Below, one piece after another: positions 1 through 9,845 of a DNA stretch of 44,065 nucleotides. The DNA is from Hydrurus foetidus (Eukaryota): contig UYFQ01000463.1 of the NCBI GenBank assembly GCA_900617105.1, forward strand, positions 1-44,065. Direction: 5' to 3'. A program made the translations under genes and the position numbers. The number at the start of each line of letters is the position of its first letter. Within the stretch, counting starts at the first letter, position 1. The notes beneath the pieces were generated by a model that saw only the letters and a list, made by a program, of their open reading frames with translations, was not told the origin of the DNA and ran no database searches.

Positions 1-904
1 CTCGAGCGAGACGCTCGAGTTTAACCTTCTCTTTATCCGATAGGAAGAGGATATTTGGGGGTTTGGGGCGTTTGGAAGACGGGCTAGCTTCGCTAGAGCT
101 CTCTTTCTTGGTTTTTGGGCCTTAACCATCGTGGAAATTTGATCGCAGACTTTTCACTGGAACTCTGCGTCTTGGACAGCGACGGAGCGCGGATGCGGTG
201 ATGTAGGGAAAAGAAATTAGGTTGTTCGAGTGTGAGGAATCGTAGGTTAAGGATGTGGTAGTAGGAGTCAGGAGGATTGGAATGGTTTGGTGCGATTTCG
301 GGAGAAAATCGCAACAAAATTCGGACGTGTGCAGCGGCTTCGTAAGGAACGAAACTGGGCGTGGGCGCGTTGGATTTTGTTTGTGAACGAGTTTGGGATG
401 TGTTACTTGCTTGCAAGTTGCTTTCCTTCGTAAGCCTTCGCGTAGAAGAGCTGCACGATATTTTGGGAGTATATCACCAATTTTGAGGTCGTTAACGACT
501 ACAATTCAGAAGCTGTCGCGTTGACGAGACATTTGTAGTATCGTTTTGGGTAGTTTTCACTCTTGGAGAGTTGCTCAACTTGTTTGCTCAGACTGTTTTA
601 CGGTCGTTGCGGGATTTTGATTTGGACGTTTGGTCAACTTAGATCTTAGAGATCGCTAGTTGGTTCAAAATACCGGTATTGTGGCCTTTCCAGGATCTGG
701 GCGTTGGGATCGGGACGGCTGGGAGCGGGACGGCTGGGAGGGGGAGCAAGGGAAAAGAAGCTTGGAGAGCTATTGCTATGAACGGTGGCCGGTTCGGCGC
801 GGATAGGCGGCGGGTGTCGTGACATTGGTCGGGTGGATCGGATGGTGGCTGGGTCGGTCGGTGGCTGCGCGTGCCCGTGCGGCGCGGGTGCGGATGCGCG
901 GAGT

Positions 905-1682
905 CTTCTTCACCTCAGTACCAATTCCAAGACATGGAACTTCATGACAGTCTATCTCACCCTCCTTCATATTAGCATCCGCCACAATATATATACAGGG
1001 GAGGGGGTGCTGTTACTCCAGTAGCATTCATGCACAAATAGAACTTCACGAAGGAAGCCGTCAATGAAGACCCCTTTACAGGCAGCACCTTCAGTGGTGT
1101 ACCTCTTCTTGCCTGCTCCTCCAGGTCGTATATAATCGACATTTTATCCATTAGTCCCCCGCCTGTCTGGTACGATGTACCGTCCGCATTAATAGTGATG
1201 TTCGGATTTGTCAGTGGCGTCATTGCTGCCACAGAAATGGCATTGATCTTATCACTGGTAGCTTTTGCACGCGCATCAGTTGTCTGCTCCGCATTGCCGT
1301 ATTTTACTTTCATTTTGCACATGTATCGTCCCACAGAGCGTCGGGATAATGGGGCTATGGAACAAGACGCCTTGCTCGTTGTTGTTCTGACCAGTTTCAT
1401 ATGCTCCTTTTGCATATTTTTGACAAAGTCCTCCATTTTCACGTTATACGTCTCACTCGATAAATCTTTCTTGAGATTTACCAATCTAGAACTCTCCAGC
1501 AGATTGGGCCTTCCAGCATTTAGTGCAAAGGATGTGTTCTGGCCATATCTCTGGACCCATTTCGACAATTCTTTTCTGTCAATGCTGTATTTGTTCCCAA
1601 GATCAGCGCAACTTTGACCATAAAACTTGATTTCATGTATCAACCATTCTTTCTGGTCTGCCTTTATTTCCTTGATGTTCAC
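905..1682 (-). pseudogene. pogo/DDE_1-like transposase fragment
   Basis: ORF 972-1682 has an N-terminal HTH-like region (LSKWVQRY...AGRP), NADGTSY (resembles the NxDETG first catalytic Asp) and FYLCMNATGVTAPPPLYI (resembles the pogo CxNATGxKxPxxxI motif). It frameshifts near 980 and breaks near 905. Confidence 0.6.
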
Positions 1683-1860
1683 TTTCGTAGTTGACTTGCC
1701 TCAGGAATTGGGCAGTCTTTTCGGCATCTTTGGTTGGTTTCAGTTTCGCTGCAACTTATTGGCCTGAAAAGTTATGTGGGGTTCTTCTTTGGAACGGTGT
1801 GTGATAACTGTGACTGGAACGTCGCCAATTGTACCCCGTCGTCAATTGTGCCCCCCACTG
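905..1860 (-). mobile_element. Truncated pogo/Tc1-mariner-like DNA transposon (5' part only)
   Basis: Minus strand begins CAGTGGGGGGCACAATTGACGACGGGGTACAATTGGCGAC at 1860 (TIR-like, with an internal ACAATTG repeat) upstream of a transposase-like ORF. No TA target duplication and no second TIR seen. Confidence 0.55.
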
Positions 1861-1943
1861 GGAAAGCATTCACGAATAGAAAGTCGTTTCATGAACGAAA
1901 AACGAAAAACCAAAATTCTTGTGTTATCGTTCGTTCAAGTCAA

Positions 1944-2331
1944 AGATGAGTGTCAAAACCCAACACAATGTAAAACCGCCACGTATTTTTGGTCTCAGAT
2001 CTGAACCATCGAACATACTCGATGATATCACAACTCACAACCAACACTATATAGAATAGCGCAAACACGACATCGCTTGGGAACTTCCTCCCTGGAAGCG
2101 TTCGTTTCAGCTGTCTTTTCTGTGCATCCAATTACAAGGCGCTAACTTCTGCGACCGAAATTGATCCAAAGTTCGCTGATTTCGAAATTTTTTGGGACGT
2201 CAGCGGTGTCATCATTTTCTCGAACTCTACTGCCTTCCAGGTAAAATCAGATGAAAAACAGATCTTGACAATCCATTGTAACTACTTTAAACTGTACTAA
2301 TCAACGTCCTCTCCTCGTTTTGTGAACTTTC
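1944..2331 (+). repeat. Left TIR of the Kolobok-like element (388 bp)
   Basis: Reverse complement of 4105-4492; I found only one mismatch (cttgaca vs cttgcca). Confidence 0.95.
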
Positions 2332-2336
2332 CAGTA

Positions 2337-3415
2337 ATGAATATCGTACCATGCGCGTGCACTTATAAGTGGTGCCATACTTTACGTTCGTCTCATCTTT
2401 TTGGCAGCAGTAGCGTCAAGTTACCTACAAACATTGAAGAGTGCAAAGTTTGGCTATCCTACTTGGTATTGATGTCATCTCACCGATATCTAGGGTTTCT
2501 ATTATACATTGACATCATCGTGAAATCTAATTTGAATGGCGACGCAATATTTGATGGTATTGATCGTACAGCACCTACAAAGTATCAATTTATCTGTTAC
2601 TGGAAATAGCAGCCTTGTTTCACCTGCTAGACCTGCATCTCCGGAATCCGAGATTCAGAATTCTCTATTCAGTTCTAATCGTAAATTGATTTACGCTGAC
2701 TACGTTATACACGCTTCCTCGTGGTCAAGTACCAAAAAATCCTCGGTCGTTGAAACGGAAGGAAAAGGAGCTAAATACGGCCTCGACAGAATATTTGACA
2801 TCACCTCCAGCATCTTCAATATTTTCAACTTTTTTGATACTGGTATGGAGAGTCTAAAAGCTGGACGGAAACCGGAAAAGCCATTTTCCGAAAACTTTAT
2901 TGGGTCACCGATGAAGGTTGTAACTTTAATCAAAGTTATTCACGGTCATGGAAATTCTTGTAGAGGCACTATAATCATTCCAAGAAATACTGTGTTACTA
3001 AAGCGACTCACTTTGCAAGTGTCAGTAAAGTGCTCACTTGGAAATCGCTGCCAAGTATGGGAGAATGGACTATTCAAATGGTTTTCCTCCGGACAAATAC
3101 CAGAACAAAACACCTCCCGTCGGGCTTTCGTCCCAGATGTACTATATGCCTTAGCAACATACTTAACTCCAACGACTAAATCCCACGCAGAACAGTTTTT
3201 CTCTGCTATGTTATTGACTCCTCCAAGCAGAAATACAATGAACGATATTGTGAAGAGTTTCATTGTACCCTATCTCACCAAAGAGAAAGAAAGAATCGTC
3301 GACTCAAGATGCGGAGCTCAAAAATTTAAATGAAGGGCTCATTATTAATATGGATGTCGGATATACAGGAGCGAGAAAGTGCAGTGTGCAACGATTATGG
3401 TTGGGTCTGGGTCCT
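2337..3415 (+). pseudogene. THAP-domain Kolobok/Mutator-like transposase, frameshifted and truncated after the first catalytic Asp
   Basis: CACTYKWC...KLP...W...FICYW (THAP-like); KC...C...FKWFSS...LALATYL...FFSAMLLTPPS; then IINMDVGYTGARK/QCATIM, resembling the first-Asp motif of this family. Spread over frames 2322-2609, 2536-3333 and 3263-3457. Confidence 0.6.
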
Positions 3416-4076
3416 GACCCATATAATATCCTGTCTCACTGGGATAAATTTGTCTAAATTTTGGTACAGCGCAATAAGATAATCTTTTTCTTTCACCAAC
3501 TTCTAAAACACCGAAATTAATGGAAATAAAAAGTTTTTTATAAAAATATTTTCTCAGCTCATTGTTCGGTCTTCGACGTGCTAAGTTAATACTATCCTTC
3601 GCTAAGATAAGTTGTTCTTCAAAATCAATCTTATAGTAACAGTCTTTAAAAAATTGAAAATTGTTTTCTTGGAAACAACTTGCAAAATTAAAATCATCAC
3701 AGTCACAGACACCACACGGAACCCCTATTAATGTCTCAGACATATCGATGAAAGGTGTACAATGACAATGATAATGTACGACAGGATCGTGCAATCTAAT
3801 TCTATCAACGTTTATCTCAGGTAAGTTCTCAACGCTTTGATCGTCGTTGTCATCATCAGAAGATCCAACATCATTTCTATCATCATCAGAGCTCTAAGAG
3901 TCGACATCATCAGGAGAGCCAATAACGCCATTGATTTCCTGCTGTTCAAGTTCCCCGTTAGCACGATCAACTAGCATAACATGAACAACACTACCGCGCC
4001 CTTCTACATGGATGAAGTTCCGTACCGCATCGAGAAAGTCGCTTTCGTCAGCATCCAGAAGGCCATTTCTATCCAT
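3415..4076 (-). pseudogene. KolX-like accessory protein (P2X7 cytoplasmic ballast-like domain)
   Basis: NNELRKYFYKKLF...FGVLEVGERKRLSYCAVPKFRQIYPSETGYYMG matches the P2RX7 C-terminal/KolX pattern, with a Cys cluster upstream. ORFs 3894-4076 and 3345-3794 are in frame, separated by a single TAG at 3894-3896. Confidence 0.75.
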
Positions 4077-4104
4077 CTCTGTCTTTAAATTGGCAAAAAT
4101 GAAA

Positions 4105-4492
4105 GAAAGTTCACAAAACGAGGAGAGGACGTTGATTAGTACAGTTTAAAGTAGTTACAATGGATTGGCAAGATCTGTTTTTCATCTGATTTTACCTGGA
4201 AGGCAGTAGAGTTCGAGAAAATGATGACACCGCTGACGTCCCAAAAAATTTCGAAATCAGCGAACTTTGGATCAATTTCGGTCGCAGAAGTTAGCGCCTT
4301 GTAATTGGATGCACAGAAAAGACAGCTGAAACGAACGCTTCCAGGGAGGAAGTTCCCAAGCGATGTCGTGTTTGCGCTATTCTATATAGTGTTGGTTGTG
4401 AGTTGTGATATCATCGAGTATGTTCGATGGTTCAGATCTGAGACCAAAAATACGTGGCGGTTTTACATTGTGTTGGGTTTTGACACTCATCT
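4105..4492 (-). repeat. Right TIR of the Kolobok-like element (388 bp)
   Basis: Reverse complement of 1944-2331. Explains the identical MDAQKRQ ORFs on opposite strands. Confidence 0.95.
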
Positions 4493-5009
4493 TTCAGCAA
4501 TTTTACAGGTTTTCATTTCTATCCGTTCATTCGGTCATTTCGCGTTCATGGTGCGTTCGTTCATGAATGATTTTTACCATTTCCATTTCTACTGCACCGT
4601 TCCGGGTTCTGGGTTCGGGTTCATCCACACGAACGAACGAAAAAAACAAAAACCATTTTTGGTTTTTGGTCGTTCATCGTTCGGTTCATCGTTCGTCCTC
4701 GTTCATATTTAATTTTTGAGAAATTTGTACGCGGATGGTGGGCGACCCGGCAAACAATGAGAAGTCAGCCCGTTTAGGTAGCCCAGCCTGAGGTGCTAGC
4801 CTAGCCGATAGCCCAACATTTAAACGAATAACCATAGCTCAACATCGAGCCCTACTACGGAAATTGCTCCAAAACAGTAAATTACTGCAGAAAATTTTAA
4901 TAAAAAACGAAAGGGTAAAAAAATCTGTTCTAATCTACACGTAATGCCGCTTACTGGTGCGTAGCCCTATGGATTGGCTATTATTCGAATATCAACTTCC
5001 TACTTAGTA

Positions 5010-5240
5010 TCCATTTTGCTTCTTATATCCTCGTAAGTATCCCAATCGTCACTGACACATACCAAACAGGAAATATTCTCCATGATCAGCCTTGAACGTA
5101 ATTTTGAAATAATGAGACCTGCCACTCAGAAGAATCTCTTTAAAGGAGCTGATGTGACAGGGATGCAAAGATGCTTGCGTGCCATTTTATCCAATGTAGG
5201 AAATCTAAGTAAGTGATGCTTCCACCACTTTAGAGGATCG
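5010..5240 (-). pseudogene. hAT transposase C-terminal dimerisation domain remnant
   Basis: Manual translation: DPLKWWKHHLLRFPTLDKMARKHLCIPVTSAPLKRFF*VAGLIISKLRSRL, with an in-frame TGA at 5126-5128. Confidence 0.85.
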
Positions 5241-5451
5241 GTGAAATCACCTCTCTTGCCATCCTCTTGTATTTCTTTGCTTTCGCGTAACTCCTCTATT
5301 GCATTGCTCTTTTTGGAGTCAAATGTCTCAATGTGTTCGTGTGATGTGTATGTGAATTGTCAACCTCGATTGGGAGTCAGATCGCGATCGATTGATCGAT
5401 CGCTTGACGATCGGGATCTTGGATTAGATTCCAACAATCAGGAATTTTTAA

Positions 5452-6742
5452 TGTCTACTCTCCAGCCGTTTGTCCGACCGGTGGACATGGGCACTGTCCG
5501 ACCGGTCGGACAGTACTGACATATGATATTTTTGACTCATTACATGATCCTATAGCTTAGAAATCGATTGCAATTAGTTGCCTAGCATTAAATTGACATG
5601 CTTGATGATATTGGAGCCTTTGGTCGAACAGAAAGAAACTAGTTATAGTCAAATAATATGTTTAATACGTTCTTTTAGTGCTCATACAGGACACTGATAT
5701 ATCAAACTTTCAGGAGCAAAAAAGGAATATACAACTGCAAGAACCATTGAAGAAGGGTCGAGTAGGTAAGATGCCATGAAGGCGACATATCATTTGTTTG
5801 AAGACAGGTGGAGTACGCAGGAAAATCGACACAATAAAAATATTGAGGGATACCCAAAACAGAGACTTTACACCAATATGCAATATCAAAACGATGATTC
5901 ATAACACATTTGATGCTCTGGAACGATACAAGTGACTGCATCGGAGAGATTCGCTTGAAATAGCCGTCCGAGGTGGAAATCTGAAATCGGTCCGAAATCG
6001 GTCGATGGGGCAAACGCTGACAGCTATAACTTCACTACAAAAGTGGCGCTTCCTCAGGCATCGATGGGAAACTGTTGAGGAAGTCCTGATCAATAGAAGC
6101 ATGAAAATTTCCTAGTCAGAATGGGCGTTGCTCAGAAATTATCAGGCTGCATTTCCTTGTGAAAATCGATTTGCATTCTGGATTGCAATCCTCACCATAT
6201 TCCAATCGCTCCGCTATTACACCAATATTCCGTGATCTCCTTTTGGCGTTTGAACTTGACCATCATTTATGACACAAAATAATATGATCTGTAGGCACAG
6301 AAGTGAAGAAATTTCAGAGAAAATTTTGACAGAAGATTTCAGCCACAAATCGCCAAACCAAAGGAGCAATCAGCTATTGCGCTGTCGCCACATAACCAAA
6401 ATTCGAGGCGATTGACTTTACCGGAGGGGAAACTGTTCATTGCACTCTGGTCAAACAGTCGACGTCGAAAATGATTCCAACACCTTAGAGATTCGCTTGG
6501 AAGTTAGACCATCGCCAAATTTGGCGAACCAGCGAGTTGATCCACTGCCCCAGTCCATAACTCAGCAAAGAAGTCTCCGTTTGAAGAGGTGAAGTTATGC
6601 CTTTGATCGGCACATTTGGAGCTATCGAATTCGCCGAGATACTGCTTCAAACTCATCGAATTGAGAAATATTTCATATGGGTAAAAATTGTCCGACCGGT
6701 CGGACAAATGTCCTACCGGGTGGACGGCCTGGAGGATAGACA
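5452..6742. mobile_element. Non-autonomous TTAA-flanked TIR element (piggyBac-like)
   Basis: TTAA at 5448-5451 and 6743-6746. Imperfect TIRs tgtctactctccagccgt / acggcctggaggatagaca. Palindromic subterminal TGTCCGACCGGTCGGACA at both ends. Weak Cys-rich remnant on the minus strand at 5702-6013. Confidence 0.65.
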
Positions 6743-7216
6743 TTAATTATTCACGGCACGAGATCACCGATTCAGAATTAGATCCACGGTCCTCTGAGCT
6801 TAATGGAGACTTGGCAATCTCTCAAACGACGAAGACAAAAATAAAAAATTCCTGTCTCAACAAAGTAGCCGATTTTGAGCCGAAAGACATAGAAGCCAAG
6901 CTATCAGTATCCAAACATGTTTTGAAAGATATTTTTGGACTTAGAACTCGACTCAGTTGAAGACAACAGCGTTGCAGCTACTTTTATATGTCTTCAATAT
7001 TCAGCAGTTGCTGTCAAAAACAATTGTAGATTAAGATAACTAGCGTACAATTTCTCGAAAATATGAACCATACCAAATTCAATTTACACATTACCAATCT
7101 AAAAGGGCTACACAATAGAAAAATATTAGCCAGCCGGGCTAAAAATAAATCCCAGCCAGCTGGGCTACTCGGGCTGCCAAAATTTGAGAATTTCAGCGTA
7201 GCCCTAACCCACTAGC

Positions 7217-7619
7217 TGTTAGAATATGTGTAGACTAGGAATCCCTATGGGGATAATATCATGAACGATATCCTGTCCGGATAGTTGTACCTTAGGCATA
7301 CGTTTTATGATTACTTGTAGACCGGATGGTACTATACACCAACCCGCGGTCACTTCAGGAATGAAATGCTGGAGTGATGAACCACACCAAGTAGCTTACT
7401 AGCAGTTAGTACACAACAGATGAAGTGGATGTTTTGACATGCTAACCACTTCTTATTAAAAGAGACTATATGACATCACGTCATTATACCTACACTGGTT
7501 GACTTTTCTGCTGCTGTGGCTAGGCTTGCATCTCACAAGGTGTATTCTCAACGAATCACTAGCAACCTACCAGTTCAGTACCGGGATCAGTTATCCCTAA
7601 AGGAACGGTTTTACCAAGA
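7217..7619 (+). repeat. 5' LTR of copia 1
   Basis: TGTT...CCAAGA; direct repeat of 17705-18107; preceded and followed by CTAGC. Confidence 0.9.
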
Positions 7620-7775
7620 CTAGCCGGGCTACGGCTAGGCTAGTCGGCTAGAACCTAGCCACCATCCCTAAAAATTTGAGCAACATTCCTTTACGGTATA
7701 CTGATGGCGGAGGGCTGTGAAATTTTGGTGTGTTCATCACTAATTTATTTGAAAGAAGCCTTTAATGACTTTATT

Positions 7776-9357
7776 ATGAGTCAAAAAGGTTCCAAAGGTG
7801 GCGCGCCACCGAGGAAAGATGAGTGTGCAAATGGATCCCATGAAAAGAGGACCATACCTGCAGGATTGGGTGAGATCAGCCATGATTGCCACAAGCAGTG
7901 GAATTCAATCATAGCTAAGCTGAAGGCGTACTGCAGAGATAACTATCAGGATCTACAGTCAATCTGTCAGGATCCGATGAAAGTGACTGTTGCACCGGCA
8001 TACCGGAAGCACCTACCACCGATGGCATCTGAGGCAGAACTAGAGGCGATCAGAAAAGAGAACGACTCAACTGGAGATATAAACAAGATCTTTATGGGAC
8101 TACTCAGCGGGAGGAACAATCAGTACCTCAAGTTACTGCCCCAACAGAGGATCGACAAGGAGAACTGCTACAAAAGTCATTCGAGAGATTTGTTCAGCAC
8201 AGCTCAACTCGCTACTCGCTGTCGACGCTGCATTCATAGCCTGCGAAGAAGACGACCCACTCGAATTGCTTCGTGTAATCAAGCGCCTCGTCACGGCTCG
8301 ACCAGATAGAAATGAAGAACTCGACCGTCAGAAAGCCCTTAGCGAGTGGTTTGGACTGAGAATGGAACATGGCGAGGTGATTCTAAATTACGGCAGGCGT
8401 GCTATCAAAACATTTGAAAGACTCACCACGACTGGAATCCAGTGGAAGAACAGCCAAAGCCAAAGCAGCAATCAATGCGCTTCATTGATGGACTCGATGG
8501 ATCAGTCCCAGCCTATCAAGGCTACAAGATGTACCTGATTAATGCCAAACAGCAAACGGATCGAGACATATATCCAGCGACACTCGTGGACGCAATCCTG
8601 CGAGCTACAAGATTTCAGACCTCATTCATTGAGAATATTAACGCGAGCCTCCCTCCGACGACGCCACATTCAGCATTCGGCGCTCAGCAGCAGACTAGAG
8701 ATCGAGAGAAAAAGGGTGCCAAGCAGTTGGTGAAGGGCAAGGATTACAAAGACAAACCTTCCAGCAAAGACACCAAGGCCGAACCCGACAAAGACAAACC
8801 AAAAGTAAAGTTCGGAGGCGAGTGTTTCAACTGTGGCAAATTTGACCACCGTAAATCTGAGTGCCGGAGCAAGGCGAAAGACGAGCCGGAAAAGGTGCGA
8901 TTTGAGAAAAATCCAGAGCCGGCAAACAAGACGAGCAGTCACTCCTCATATTACACATCATTTAGCAACATGCATGATGAAGAGGATGAAGAAATGAAAG
9001 ATGGTGATCGAAGATGCAATGTCGCGTTGAAAGGATCTCCACCCGACGACGGTGACGGAATCAGTCTACAGGCCACCCGAACTTTAATCCAACCATCATC
9101 GACCCAAGCGATTTTCGACAACGGTGCCACTGGCACAATCATCACAAGCGCTGATGTTCTCTCAGAGATTTGGACGTGTCGGCCAACTGTGTTCAAGGGC
9201 TTGCATGGATCCTTGACAGTGACAAAAGTCGGCAGACTTGGTGATATCGGCATCGTTCACTTCGATGATCCGCTCTCCATCATTTCAGCTTCGGATATCC
9301 TTTTGCAAGGAGTTCCAACGTGGAGGACATGTTGATCAAGATGCTTTCCTCGTGCAC
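7776..9357 (+). pseudogene. copia 1 gag-protease, frameshifted and interrupted by Gypsy
   Basis: Three overlapping frames; zinc knuckle CFNCGKFDHRKSEC; protease IFDNGAT. Confidence 0.9.
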
Positions 9358-9553
9358 TGTGACTCTGGATGGGAAAGGAGGAGGGGATGTCTAGAGGTAG
9401 TAGTTAGTTACAGCGGTAAAGCTAGAAGCTAGGGTGAACTTCTACGTGGAGGCTGTAAGTGGCTACGACGATACAACAGACTGTAGTGTACAGTGGGTAG
9501 TGTACCGTAGTACTATCCGGTAGGATCGGGACCTTGGACCCGGAACTACCACA
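9358..9553 (-). repeat. 3' LTR of Gypsy
   Basis: Direct repeat of 14205-14400. Confidence 0.95.
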
Positions 9554-9845
9554 CTACCCCCACTTATCGTTCTTTCTCGAAGAAAAATCTAAACTACACT
9601 AAACTATGGCAAAACCCCCGTTTCTTTGTTAGAAAATACCAATATTTAACTAATGACATAAATGATAACGGAAACCAAAAAATCAAAAATAGATACAATA
9701 TGTACAATAAATACAAATGTGCAAGTATATGTATAAGAAATTTCGAAGGGGTTTCGGAAATTGTGAAAAAGATAAGAATAAAAGGAGTATGTACAAAACA
9801 GAATCGTTCTGTCGTACGAGGGTCAAACGTAATTATGTCAGATTT

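Larger units (their letters stand above)
1944..4492. mobile_element. Kolobok-like DNA transposon, internally deleted
   Basis: AG...CT termini, flanked by TCAA and TTCA (each one mismatch from the Kolobok TTAA target). 388-bp TIRs. Convergent THAP/DDE-like and KolX-like ORFs. Confidence 0.75.
1861..4727. mobile_element. Non-coding element with ATGAACG/CGTTCAT subterminal repeats, interrupted by the Kolobok-like and hAT insertions
   Basis: Dense ATGAACG(A)/CGTTCAT motifs at 1861-1943 and 4493-4727. The reverse complement of 4540-4710 aligns with 43930-44055. The terminus (tgagcaac) resumes after the hAT TSD at 7671-7689 and 18159-18177. Confidence 0.6.

Noticed and set aside
3894..3896. Stop-codon read-through or alternative genetic code in the KolX-like gene
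   Set aside because: The element is otherwise decayed and host genes read normally in the standard code; simple nonsense mutation is more likely.
4540..4710. Short repeated ATGAACG motifs as a possible CRISPR array
   Set aside because: No constant repeat-spacer periodicity, no cas genes, eukaryotic context; fits subterminal transposon repeats.
4305..4712. Duplicate MDAQKRQ ORFs (also 1940-2131 minus)
   Set aside because: By-product of the TIRs; non-ATG start and no protein motif.
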